A stretch of DNA of 41,789 nucleotides from a virus (lineage: Duplodnaviria > Caudoviricetes): the IMG/VR virus record IMGVR_UViG_3300021560_000027, positions 1 through 41,789 of that record; one strand, 5' to 3'. Of this stretch, positions 8,149-17,067 are shown in pieces. The translations under genes and the position numbers were made by a program. The notes under the pieces are model-generated. The model was not told the DNA's origin. It saw only the letters and a program-made list of their open reading frames with translations, and searched no databases. The number at the start of each line of letters is the position of its first letter. The stretch's first letter is position 1.

Positions 8149-9154
8149 ATATGGCATCGCCGTTAATTCTGGAACTTCGGCTCTTCATGCAGCATTGGAG
8201 GCAATCAACGTCCGTCACGGCGAGGTTGTGGTGCCTGCTCTATCTCCTGGTTTGGTTTGTTTTCCTGTCATACATGCTGGCGCTTGGCCTGTGTTTGCTG
8301 ATGTTGATCCCAATACTCAGTTGGTGACTCATGAAACCGTCAAGCCGCTCATTGGATCAAACACCAAGGCCATTATTGCCGTCGCCCTTCACGGTCTGCC
8401 GGTCGATATTGATCCGATCCGAGCTGTTGCCCGACCTCACGGCATTGCTGTTATTGAAGATTGCGCTCAGTGCCTTATGGGTCGCTACAAAGATGTACAC
8501 GCTGGGACTAAAGCTGACATCGGTTGCTATTCGTTTGAGCGAAAAAAGCACATTACGACTGGAAGCGAAGGAGGAATGATTCTTACCAACAATGCGGATC
8601 TTGCCTTACGTGCTCGGAAGTTTGCTGGTCTTGGCTATAATCATATGGGGCCTGTTGGTGGCGACACTCGGGTTCCTGAGATCCATCCTTCTCGTACTCG
8701 TTACGATACTATTGCTGTTAATTATCGAATGTCTTTCGCGCAAGCAGAAATCGGATTGGAAAAACTAAAAACCATGCAAGATGCGGTCTGGTTGAGGCAA
8801 GAGATCGGTTATTTGTGGCAAAATGCCTTGGGCTCATCCTTGCAATTACACAACTATGATGCCGACAACGCGTTTTATTCGGCCGCCTGGGCCGGGCTAA
8901 GTCCGGTCAGTTGGCAAGATTTCCATGACGAGTTCGTGCGGCGAGGAGGCGACGGTTTCTATGCTGCCCCGCTTCCCCCGTATGAGGAGCCGGCGCTGCG
9001 CGATTACAAGGGACTGGTCCGAACCCCGGTCGCCGAGGATCTGCAGCGTCGGCTTTGCTTGTTCAAGACCCACTACAGTCTCGAGGAAGCCAAGCGGCAG
9101 GCCGATATTCTCTCGGAGATAATGTATCATGGCGGCTACGCTCACAAAGTCTGA
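8090..9154 (+). CDS. DegT/DnrJ/EryC1/StrS-family PLP sugar aminotransferase
   Basis: AVNSGTSALH, PVFADVD, IEDCAQ, SF...KHITTG.EGG with the catalytic Lys, NYRMS. Confidence 0.93.
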   Translation: MSSDPVQQFEKRFASKLGAEYGIAVNSGTSALHAALEAINVRHGEVVVPALSPGLVCFPVIHAGAWPVFADVDPNTQLVTHETVKPLIGSNTKAIIAVALHGLPVDIDPIRAVARPHGIAVIEDCAQCLMGRYKDVHAGTKADIGCYSFERKKHITTGSEGGMILTNNADLALRARKFAGLGYNHMGPVGGDTRVPEIHPSRTRYDTIAVNYRMSFAQAEIGLEKLKTMQDAVWLRQEIGYLWQNALGSSLQLHNYDADNAFYSAAWAGLSPVSWQDFHDEFVRRGGDGFYAAPLPPYEEPALRDYKGLVRTPVAEDLQRRLCLFKTHYSLEEAKRQADILSEIMYHGGYAHKV

Positions 9155-9308
9155 GACCAATTACCGCGAGGCCAAAGGCTCGCAGCACTGCGGCAATTGC
9201 TCGATGTTCCGGCCGTACCGTCGCGGCAGCAAGGAAGGCTCGTGCACTTTGGTCAAAGGCGAGATTGACTATTTCGATGTTTGCGATCGATGGGAGAAAG
9301 AAAAGTGA
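9129..9308 (+). CDS. HiPIP-like four-cysteine iron-sulfur protein (59 aa)
   Basis: Read by hand: MAATLTKSETNYREAKGSQHCGNCSMFRPYRRGSKEGSCTLVKGEIDYFDVCDRWEKEK; Y..CxxC..F..C.LVKG.I....C..W spacing of HiPIP; ggag upstream. Confidence 0.7.
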   Translation: MAATLTKSETNYREAKGSQHCGNCSMFRPYRRGSKEGSCTLVKGEIDYFDVCDRWEKEK

Positions 9309-9406
9309 AAAACAACGAATTTAGTTGGACGATGTTAGCGATATTCTTCTTCTATTGCCTCGCCTTCTCAATGGTTGCGGCAACACTTGTTATGTGGCTC
9401 AAGTGA
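9305..9406 (+). CDS. Small single-TM peptide (33 aa)
   Basis: MKNNEFSWTMLAIFFFYCLAFSMVAATLVMWLK; GTGA overlaps at both ends. Confidence 0.5.
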   Translation: MKNNEFSWTMLAIFFFYCLAFSMVAATLVMWLK

Positions 9407-10098
9407 CAAGCATCTCGATTCTGGATTTTTTCCGGCTGCAGAATCAGAAAATTGCAGTGCTTGGCGGCAATGGCTTGTTGGGAAAAGTTGTGCGTAACAC
9501 CGTGACCGAGCTCGGCGGCGAGGTAATCTCGATCGATCGAGTCTATTCCGGCGAGAATACCTATACCTGCGACATCACCGAACCATATCAGCTCGGTAAG
9601 ATCGCCGGCTATCACGACTATAACGGCGTGATCAATTGCGCGATCGGCAATCAGTATGCTGGGGCCGAGCCGATAACTTCCCGCTTTCACCGCGACATCG
9701 ACGTCGGTCTGCTCGGTGCCGCCAATGCCCATGAATGCTTCTATGAGCCATTGAAAAAGACTGCCGGGGTGTTTCTCAATATCGGTTCGGATCTTTCGCT
9801 AAAGCCGCCGGACCCAAATCGTTACGGCAAACAATTCAAGCCGCTGTCTTACTCGATCATAAAATACGGCATCGTCGGCATGACCAAGTATTACGCTGCG
9901 CTTTGGGGCCGCGATCAGATTAGGGTCAACTGTCTATGCCCAGGCGGCATCGAGCAGGGCCAAGCCGTTCCGCAATGTGCGCTAGGACGATTAGCCAAAC
10001 CACATGAGATGGCTGGCGCCATTGCTTGGCTAATCTCGGAAGCAAGTTCCTATGTGACGGGCGCGGTCATCAGCGTCGACGGCGGAAGTACACTCTAG
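9403..10098 (+). CDS. Classical SDR oxidoreductase
   Basis: GGNGLLG Rossmann motif, NIGS, YSIIK (YxxxK), IRVNCLCPGG, YVTGAVISVDGG; GTG 9403 is coupled to the upstream stop. Confidence 0.9.
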   Translation: MTSISILDFFRLQNQKIAVLGGNGLLGKVVRNTVTELGGEVISIDRVYSGENTYTCDITEPYQLGKIAGYHDYNGVINCAIGNQYAGAEPITSRFHRDIDVGLLGAANAHECFYEPLKKTAGVFLNIGSDLSLKPPDPNRYGKQFKPLSYSIIKYGIVGMTKYYAALWGRDQIRVNCLCPGGIEQGQAVPQCALGRLAKPHEMAGAIAWLISEASSYVTGAVISVDGGSTL

Positions 10099-10108
10099 GA
10101 GTCATATT

Positions 10109-10429
10109 ATGGTTAGCTTGCTTCGCAATAAGCGCAATGGTGATCCCGTTGAGGGAAAAGTGACAGACCCATCCAACAAATCCATATTTCAGCAGATGCT
10201 GGATCATAATCTGGCAATCCGCAGCCATTACGAAAAACTATCCCAGCTAGCCGCTACCTTGGTCTTGAGTTACGAAAAAGGCGCCGACTTTGCGGATCGC
10301 ATTGGCAAGGATCTGGTCGAGGGAATTACTTACGGGGGTCATCAAGCTATTGATAGCAATATCGAGCAGGAAATTGCCGAATTCATTCCAAAACACTTCA
10401 AGCGAGATGAGCCCACTGAGAGTCAGTGA
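10109..10429 (+). CDS. Hypothetical protein
   Basis: aggag RBS; last gene of the rightward operon. Confidence 0.65.
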   Translation: MVSLLRNKRNGDPVEGKVTDPSNKSIFQQMLDHNLAIRSHYEKLSQLAATLVLSYEKGADFADRIGKDLVEGITYGGHQAIDSNIEQEIAEFIPKHFKRDEPTESQ

Positions 10430-10650
10430 ACACCGCCCTTCCAGATGATTGATGTTTGCAATGGATTGCCGACGTGAAACCAAGCTGTTTGGATCTGCGG
10501 TTTTAGGCCGCCGCCGCTACCCTTGCCACCACCGGCTTTGCGACGAACGCGATAATGCGACAGCGTAATATTCTTGCCGTGCTGGCGCGCGTCGCGCATC
10601 CATTTGCGCATGGCCGGCGACCATAGTCGGGATGGATCGCGCTCGGTCAC
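10423..10650 (-). CDS. Basic hypothetical protein
   Basis: GTGA overlap with the upstream tail gene. Confidence 0.5.
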   Translation of the reverse strand: MTERDPSRLWSPAMRKWMRDARQHGKNITLSHYRVRRKAGGGKGSGGGLKPQIQTAWFHVGNPLQTSIIWKGGVH

Positions 10651-11276
10651 GGCTGGAAGGTCAGCGAAAAATCAGTATCGTTACATCCGGCACCAGTCAT
10701 CTTAAAGCCTGCAGTCGCACTGTTGCTGTCGGCTGCTGCGCCAGAAAAAACGTACCAACCTGATCCGAGGCCGCCACCCCCGACCTCGGCTATTGTCCCA
10801 CTTACGGGCGAAAAGCCGCTGCCGCCGAAAGTTCGCTGTCCAGTAACAGTAATGCCGGTAGCAGGGTTGGTTGTTCCCAACAATGTCATGAGAAACAAAT
10901 ACGTAAAAGACGTATTCTGCTTGAGGTTGGAAGTAACATTGGCTCGGCCAGTACCGTCGATAGAAAAATCGCTGGGGAGCTGGGTGACAACGCGATGGAC
11001 TTCGGTTGTGTGGTCCGCGCCCGTTCCTGTTACGTCGATGGCAAATGAGCCAAGGGTGTTGGTGTCGACTACCGTGAATGGCAGAGCGTAGACGCCTGGG
11101 AGATTGGCGGAGTCCACCTCCACAAACGGGGTGCCGTTCATGCTGACGCCAGACGCACCGTTCTTGCTTATCTTGACCGCCATTGACGGCACTAATCCTG
11201 TTTTGCCACTGACGTGACTCGTTGAGTCAACCATCAGAATCATATGGGTGTATGCCGTGCTCAGCTTGAGGTCCAT
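10647..11276 (-). CDS. Putative virion structural protein (two Ig-like beta repeats)
   Basis: Repeated G.TG.....G.Y....T..D.N..G.....TG.G pattern; tail module context. Confidence 0.6.
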   Translation of the reverse strand: MDLKLSTAYTHMILMVDSTSHVSGKTGLVPSMAVKISKNGASGVSMNGTPFVEVDSANLPGVYALPFTVVDTNTLGSFAIDVTGTGADHTTEVHRVVTQLPSDFSIDGTGRANVTSNLKQNTSFTYLFLMTLLGTTNPATGITVTGQRTFGGSGFSPVSGTIAEVGGGGLGSGWYVFSGAAADSNSATAGFKMTGAGCNDTDFSLTFQP

Positions 11277-12985
11277 TATTGCATTACCTTTATGTAGTCG
11301 AGGTGTATAGGTGCGCCGCCAGGACTATCACCGGAAACCCAAATTGGCATGGTTAGCCCATCGGAGTTTGTCATGTATTGGTAGCCGTTTGTTTGCTGCG
11401 GCCCATAGATTGCATTCCAAGAAACCATCAACCCATCGCAGAATGTCAGCATTACGCCAGCCTGTTCAGGCGATCCGGGGACATTCTGGGACGAGCCAAA
11501 GTACGGTAGGACCAAAAAGCTGTAGAGGTGCATTACCGTATAATCGAAAGCCACATTGGGCATGTATGGAATACCAGCATTGGCTGGATAGGGGGAGACG
11601 GCCCATGGCGCAGATGGCGGTGTAACTCCAGCAGAAGTGCCGGCGCTATTTATGTAGCGCGTGCCGGCACTCATAACCGAAAAGCCGGGATTATAAGGTT
11701 GCACAGATAGAAAATTGGGAGTGCCACAAGAGGTATATCCCTGCACGCCAGGACTTAGTTCGCCTGGATTGCCACCAGGTCCGTTGATCGGAGCAGTGAT
11801 TTGGTGAATGTTGGTATTTGGAGTAGGACTGTTGGCACCTGTTTCTCCCCAATCCAATTCACGGCCATAGAATACGGTTGGGTTTGTTGTGCTTGGCCCC
11901 TCGGCGCTGATCCACTCTTGGGTAATGCCCCATATCGGGGTAGCGTTTACTTGAACCGCCCCAATATCAACACCCCAGGAGCACCTAGCTTCCATCAAGT
12001 ACGGCGGCCGCCAAGTCTGCCCCACCCACGTCCCCACTCCAGTCTCAGCTGTCGTGCCCATTGCTACGATGCTGCCAGCAGGAACATTGGCTGGGTTGAT
12101 AGTCAACACCGAACTGGAAACCGAGAAGGCATTCGCTGGCGTTACCTTAACGGCATGCACATTCGTCCAGCCTTGCCTCACAAACCAAGTGAATGATGGG
12201 CTCAGGCTGTTGGTTAGATCGATTGTCGAGGTGCTGGTGAAGTCATCAAGAAAAACTTGGTTGTTGATTGCGTATGCACCGACGTGCATTAGGTTGGTAC
12301 GCCAGACAAAAACTCCGGATGAGCTATTTCCCAGGTAGGAATTGCTCAACGCGGCGGAGCCTGTTCCATTATCCAAATAGGCTTGCATACAAAGCTGTGC
12401 TTGCCCACCAACAATTAAATTGAATGAAAAATCTATCGCACAGATATACCAGCCATTACCAAGAGCAGACATTGTCGCACCCAAAGACGTGCAGTTTTGA
12501 ATTGCGCCACCCGTGGCAGTAAGTGTTGGTCCTACCCCGATCTGCCCACCAGCTAGATCAAAAATTGCATAAATAGCAGTATTGCTGCCAGAGCTTCCAT
12601 TGACCGCTTGCAGAACGACACGGCGACCGTTGTTCTTGTAAATTCCAACAAGGCGCAGCCGACCGGTGGGACTGTTCGCCAACATGTTGCAGATGGTGGA
12701 TGATATGAAATGCGTGCCGTTGGAATTGTCCTCGACAATGGCTTGTGAGTTGGCGCTGGTGCCATCAGGAGCCGTTGTCGTGGCGCCAAAGCTGCAAGCA
12801 TTGGCGCGCCACAGGTTGCCATAATGAGCCGGAATCGGAGTTGCGTTGGCAATCATAAAGCGGCTGAAGCCAGCGTCATCACTGGCATTGGGGACGAGCA
12901 TGTTTAGGCGATCAATTATCGCGCCAAACCAAACGGTGTTGGTGGGGATGCTTGAGCCCAAGTGCCGGAAAAAACCGCCTGGCAT
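11276..12985 (-). CDS. Tail spike/receptor-binding protein with C-terminal GH16/ConA-like domain
   Basis: VFLDDF, YLMEAR, ELDWGE (ExDxxE), HLYSFL and terminal DYIKVMQ; TAATG coupling at 12985. Confidence 0.65.
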   Translation of the reverse strand: MPGGFFRHLGSSIPTNTVWFGAIIDRLNMLVPNASDDAGFSRFMIANATPIPAHYGNLWRANACSFGATTTAPDGTSANSQAIVEDNSNGTHFISSTICNMLANSPTGRLRLVGIYKNNGRRVVLQAVNGSSGSNTAIYAIFDLAGGQIGVGPTLTATGGAIQNCTSLGATMSALGNGWYICAIDFSFNLIVGGQAQLCMQAYLDNGTGSAALSNSYLGNSSSGVFVWRTNLMHVGAYAINNQVFLDDFTSTSTIDLTNSLSPSFTWFVRQGWTNVHAVKVTPANAFSVSSSVLTINPANVPAGSIVAMGTTAETGVGTWVGQTWRPPYLMEARCSWGVDIGAVQVNATPIWGITQEWISAEGPSTTNPTVFYGRELDWGETGANSPTPNTNIHQITAPINGPGGNPGELSPGVQGYTSCGTPNFLSVQPYNPGFSVMSAGTRYINSAGTSAGVTPPSAPWAVSPYPANAGIPYMPNVAFDYTVMHLYSFLVLPYFGSSQNVPGSPEQAGVMLTFCDGLMVSWNAIYGPQQTNGYQYMTNSDGLTMPIWVSGDSPGGAPIHLDYIKVMQ

Positions 12986-13878
12986 TATGGTGTCCCCCAA
13001 TAGGTATTCCAACTTGTACGAATCGTTCCCCGATCACCTGAGCTTATGGCGCTGGTGAAGACGATAAACTCTGGAATATCACCGTCTAGTATGTGCGCCT
13101 CGCCATCCCCACACGCAATATTCTGCTGATTGAAATTAGCAGTTCCGGTTGTGTTATTCGCGGCAATAATAGCGGTGTTATCCTCGTACAGTGCTGAATT
13201 GGTATGGGCGTCATCAAACGTGGCAATAAAGCCGTGGGCATTTGCGTCCGAGGTGCCGCCCGTATTAACCGAGTTCTGCGCAAACATCTCGTAAGCTGTG
13301 CTGCCAATGGCGCCAACAAAGCCGACCAGGGCTCGTGTTGCGCCACCGCTGTTGCCGTCCGTCATATGCGAGTTGCCGGTGTTCACCGTCGTTTTATTGA
13401 CAATAGCAACCGTGTAAGGTTGTGCCTGATTGGGCGAGCCAGCCGTAGTCATTAGCCCCTTGGTTGTAGTGTCGATGTAATGAAGGCTGGCTTTGCCACT
13501 GGAAGCAAAGGTTAGAACGCCGCCACTGTAGACTTGGGGTCCCCCCGCACCGGCGCCAACAAGGGTGGTAATGTCGTTGGCGTTGGCGGTCTGATCGTAC
13601 CATTTGACAATGGTGCAAGTGGTGCCGCTACAGAACGTAGTTAGCGACGTTGTATTGAGATCACTCCCAGTAAAGCCAACATCTTGTTGCGTTGAATCGC
13701 TGGCTCGCACCACGCGGATCGCCGAACCGGCATAGGCTGCGCGCAGCTTGCGGGTGGAATAGGCTGCAACGGCAGTGGCAGACAATGAATCGAGCAACAG
13801 CGTACCGCCGCCAATGGCACCGGAGCGATTGCCAGTGGCTTGGCGCGATCCGCGTCTTGTGGCATTGGGGTCAGTCAT
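12985..13878 (-). CDS. Virion lectin-like protein (arabinofuranosidase-B catalytic/LamG-like fold)
   Basis: AYSTRKLRAAYAGSAIRVVRASD...DVGF...KWYDQT motif; C-terminal G.I.E.IVF.SA.S..DR. Confidence 0.65.
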   Translation of the reverse strand: MTDPNATRRGSRQATGNRSGAIGGGTLLLDSLSATAVAAYSTRKLRAAYAGSAIRVVRASDSTQQDVGFTGSDLNTTSLTTFCSGTTCTIVKWYDQTANANDITTLVGAGAGGPQVYSGGVLTFASSGKASLHYIDTTTKGLMTTAGSPNQAQPYTVAIVNKTTVNTGNSHMTDGNSGGATRALVGFVGAIGSTAYEMFAQNSVNTGGTSDANAHGFIATFDDAHTNSALYEDNTAIIAANNTTGTANFNQQNIACGDGEAHILDGDIPEFIVFTSAISSGDRGTIRTSWNTYWGTP

Positions 13879-14011
13879 TCTTGTTCTTCAATTGCGATTC
13901 CAATTCCTTGATCTTAAGCCCTGTTGCCACACGCAAGTTGATGAGCTTAGACATCAGCTCTTGGATCATCTCTTGCAACGCTTGGATCACTTCGTCTTTG
14001 TTGTCTGTCAT
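13871..14011 (-). CDS. Small coiled-coil protein (46 aa), possible fibre chaperone
   Basis: MTDNKDEVIQALQEMIQELMSKLINLRVATGLKIKELESQLKNKND; ATGA coupling. Confidence 0.55.
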   Translation of the reverse strand: MTDNKDEVIQALQEMIQELMSKLINLRVATGLKIKELESQLKNKND

Positions 14012-14289
14012 ATGATCTGATATAGCGGCAGCTTGACTGTTGCTGCATTGACTGTTGGATCATTGGTGTTCAATCGAGTTTGTATCGACTTGATCGCGGC
14101 GTTAAGATTGTCAAAGCTGGCGGTAGTAAGATCGGTTCGACCTCCTGCATTGGCCGAGGCAGCAAGAGCTGCCGATAAGCTGCTATCTGCGCTGATCCGA
14201 TCGCTAATCAGCAACAAGTCTTCATACGCATTAATAAACGAATTGGTTTGAGCCACGATAAGTCGGAACATAGTTGCTGTGTCTGTCAT
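14008..14289 (-). CDS. Hypothetical protein in the tail module
   Basis: ATG 14289 lies just after the fibre stop codon. Confidence 0.6.
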   Translation of the reverse strand: MTDTATMFRLIVAQTNSFINAYEDLLLISDRISADSSLSAALAASANAGGRTDLTTASFDNLNAAIKSIQTRLNTNDPTVNAATVKLPLYQII

Positions 14290-14293
14290 TGTC

Positions 14294-15625
14294 TCACCAC
14301 GAAGCTGAGTCGGCAGGAATAAAGAAAGTTGTCCCGCCAATGTTGACTTGGATTCGATTAGTTGCAGAAAAGTTCGCCGGGATAGTTGCAGCAGGAGCAG
14401 AGTTGGCAATTGCAAGCGTGCCGCTGGCGTTAGTGGTCATCAAACCGGCAGTCGCCAGATCAGCAAAGGTCCAACCGGCAGCAGTGATGCCATAATCTAT
14501 TCGCAGGGTATTAATCGATGGGCCAAAGTTCAGAACAAAAGTATTACTGCGTGGCGTGAAGTCGTCATAGAACCCAATCCAAACATTATTGTCGCCATGA
14601 GTGTGGAAACCACAGATGTTGCCGATAAAGATAGAGTTAGTATTAGTACCATTCCCCGCCAGATAGCCGACACCAATGCAATTGCTACAATTTCCAAAAG
14701 ACAGAGATTGATAACCAACCGCAGTGTTGAAACTTCCTGTAGTCACGCTTCCCAGCGGTCCAGCAGCGCCAACCGCAACATTCGCCCCACCAGAAATATC
14801 GTTAGCAAGAGCTAGACTGCCAACCCCGACATTTTGTCCCGCTCCCGATCCACCACCTACACTACCTGTCAAACTTGCCAAGACACCGCCGCCAACAGCG
14901 ACATGACCACCTTCATTCGTTATATTGCTCAAATTGAACTTACCCAATGCAAAGTTCTGATCCCCGCTAACAAGTCGAAACAAAGCTTGAGTACCCATAC
15001 CGACATTGCCGCCGCCTATGGTTAGGCTTTGCAAAACGCCGGCGCCAACCGCAGTATTTTGGCTTCCCGAAGTCAAGGCAGAAAGCGCGCTATCTCCGGT
15101 ACCGAAATTCTGAAACCCGGTAAAACCTCCCGCAGCAGTTCCTGCTCCGCTTTCAAACCAGTTGTTGCCACTGGCGCTAGGAACGACAAAAACCGCATTT
15201 AAACCATCGCACAAATAAGACACCATTGACGGCACATTCGGTTGCCCGGCAATAATATTGAAATTAGCGGCCTCGCCAACAAAGCCGGCATTGTCATACA
15301 GCACTCGCCCCGACACACCGCTGACAATCCCCGTGACATTGATCGTAATCTCATTGGTCGCAGACAGCGTGCCGCCCGAGAAAGTAAGATTGCCGCCGAT
15401 CGTTACTTCCGACACCACGCCGGCATTATCGTAAAGCAGATTATTGCCAAGCCCGCCGGTTACCGGAGTGGTGTTGATCGTAATGCTGGCAGAAAATGCC
15501 GCCGCCAATTGCGCAAAGGTAAATTGGTAATCCGTGTTGGCGGTATGAACGCCAACAAACGTATCACCCGACACCGGATTGGCCGGCGACATCGCAATCT
15601 GCGAAAGCTTTGAGGTCGCGACCAT
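14294..15625 (-). CDS. Tail fibre with beta-roll repeats
   Basis: Repeated NTAVG/NVGVG..(A)L...T.G units (YadA-head-like); duplicated LYDNAG.V.E segment. Confidence 0.75.
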   Translation of the reverse strand: MVATSKLSQIAMSPANPVSGDTFVGVHTANTDYQFTFAQLAAAFSASITINTTPVTGGLGNNLLYDNAGVVSEVTIGGNLTFSGGTLSATNEITINVTGIVSGVSGRVLYDNAGFVGEAANFNIIAGQPNVPSMVSYLCDGLNAVFVVPSASGNNWFESGAGTAAGGFTGFQNFGTGDSALSALTSGSQNTAVGAGVLQSLTIGGGNVGMGTQALFRLVSGDQNFALGKFNLSNITNEGGHVAVGGGVLASLTGSVGGGSGAGQNVGVGSLALANDISGGANVAVGAAGPLGSVTTGSFNTAVGYQSLSFGNCSNCIGVGYLAGNGTNTNSIFIGNICGFHTHGDNNVWIGFYDDFTPRSNTFVLNFGPSINTLRIDYGITAAGWTFADLATAGLMTTNASGTLAIANSAPAATIPANFSATNRIQVNIGGTTFFIPADSASW

Positions 15626-16515
15626 CAGGTTTCCTGCACATAAAAAGTCGAGTTATCCTCGGTGACATAAAATACCGTGCCATCCTCGGTCACATAGCCG
15701 TTCACCGGCGTTGCCGGCGCCGCCACGATCTGGCCGGCGCCGAGCTTGCGAATTAATTTAACATCGCAATCCTTCAGCCAGCGCTCGAGCCGCGGCGGGA
15801 AAATATCGAGGTCGGACACCCGGCACCATTCGCCGCGCGCAAGACGCTCAAACACAACCTGCTGCTTTTCGTAAGCCGTAACCGCCGATCGATAGGCTGC
15901 AGGAGCCTCGGCTTCCCTGATGCCGCGCTGCACCGCCCATTTGGCGAGTTCAGGCGGCAGCTTGGTCCAGTCGGTCTTGCGCAAGGTAAGCGAGGACGGC
16001 AGCACCGGCTCGATGGTGCGGATCTCAGCCATCACCCCAATCTCGGCAAAATCGCGCAGTTTTCTTTCCATGCGCTTGCGCTTGGGCGCCGGCAGATCCG
16101 CCCAGAAGGTTTCTTCCTCGGGCAAGGTGGAGACTACAGATCGCGGGCGAGAGGGGGGAGGCAGGCTTTCAGGCTCGTAGCTCCCCCACTCCAGCCGCTG
16201 GAACTGGGGAAGGAGTGCGGCTGAGAGTGAGGGCCGCGCCGTTACCGCCGTGCGTGTCTCACGCGGCGCCAGCGCTTTGATCGAGGCCCGCACGATGGTC
16301 GGGGCCTGGACAGAAATATACTTGCGCAAAGCCAGTGGGACCGGCGGATTGCGCACCAGGAAGAAAAGATTCAGCGACTGTTCAAAGAGATCCTCAAAGG
16401 CTCGCCGAATCGGCTTCTCGGCGTCAGGATTGACAAAGACATGCCGGCCAGAAAGGCCAGAGACAATTTGCGCTTTGGGTTCTGGACCCCACGGCACCGG
16501 AACCCGGGCATACAT
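15625..16515 (-). CDS. Hypothetical protein
   Basis: 296-aa ORF coupled on both sides; C-terminal YVTEDG..YVTEDN repeat. Confidence 0.6.
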   Translation of the reverse strand: MYARVPVPWGPEPKAQIVSGLSGRHVFVNPDAEKPIRRAFEDLFEQSLNLFFLVRNPPVPLALRKYISVQAPTIVRASIKALAPRETRTAVTARPSLSAALLPQFQRLEWGSYEPESLPPPSRPRSVVSTLPEEETFWADLPAPKRKRMERKLRDFAEIGVMAEIRTIEPVLPSSLTLRKTDWTKLPPELAKWAVQRGIREAEAPAAYRSAVTAYEKQQVVFERLARGEWCRVSDLDIFPPRLERWLKDCDVKLIRKLGAGQIVAAPATPVNGYVTEDGTVFYVTEDNSTFYVQET

Positions 16516-16859
16516 TAGCCACCAAAGATATTCTGCGTGTACCAGACAACGCCGGTCAACGTAGTGGCGGAATTGACGATCTGAAACGAGGCGCCGGGCG
16601 CGGTAATAAAGTAAGGCGCCCCCGTGGGCAACAATTGCACGATGGCGCCGGTGGCGGTCAAAGTCATGCCGCCGGTAAAAGCGCCCACCGAATCCTGGAT
16701 TGTCACCGTAGTGGTTCCGCCGGCTACCAAAAGCGCGCCATAAACCCGGATGATCTGCCCGGTAACCGAGGCTACCACCGTGCCGGTCGTCGCCGTGATC
16801 GACACCACCGCGGTCTTGTACGGCATGTCATTGGAAGGACCCAGCGAAACGTAGGGCAT
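16515..16859 (-). CDS. Putative small virion protein
   Basis: Thr/Gly/Val-rich beta protein; coupled start and stop. Confidence 0.65.
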   Translation of the reverse strand: MPYVSLGPSNDMPYKTAVVSITATTGTVVASVTGQIIRVYGALLVAGGTTTVTIQDSVGAFTGGMTLTATGAIVQLLPTGAPYFITAPGASFQIVNSATTLTGVVWYTQNIFGG

Positions 16860-17014
16860 CAGTATCTCCGACCCTTGCGCTTGCCGCGCCGTGATCGCAA
16901 GTGCTGCGGCATGGACTTTCGTCCGGTGCCGCCCATGTCGCGGCCGTCAGTAGGCTCCATCTTGCGGGGCTGCATGCCGGTCACCGACCGGCCGGGACCA
17001 AAATTCTTGTTCAT
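16859..17014 (-). CDS. Basic 51-aa peptide
   Basis: MNKNFGPG...HLRSRRGKRKGRRY; TGATG overlap with the next gene. Confidence 0.6.
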   Translation of the reverse strand: MNKNFGPGRSVTGMQPRKMEPTDGRDMGGTGRKSMPQHLRSRRGKRKGRRY

Positions 17015-17067
17015 GATCGCCTCGACTTGCGCGACGAGCGCTTTACCCGGATTTTCTCATGCGGCAT
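17011..17067 (-). CDS. Basic 18-aa micro-ORF
   Basis: MPHEKIRVKRSSRKSRRS; ggag RBS; ATGA overlap. Confidence 0.4.
   Translation of the reverse strand: MPHEKIRVKRSSRKSRRS

Noticed and set aside
10647-15625. Diversity-generating retroelement acting on the fibre genes
   Set aside because: No reverse transcriptase ORF and no TR/VR repeat pair noticed
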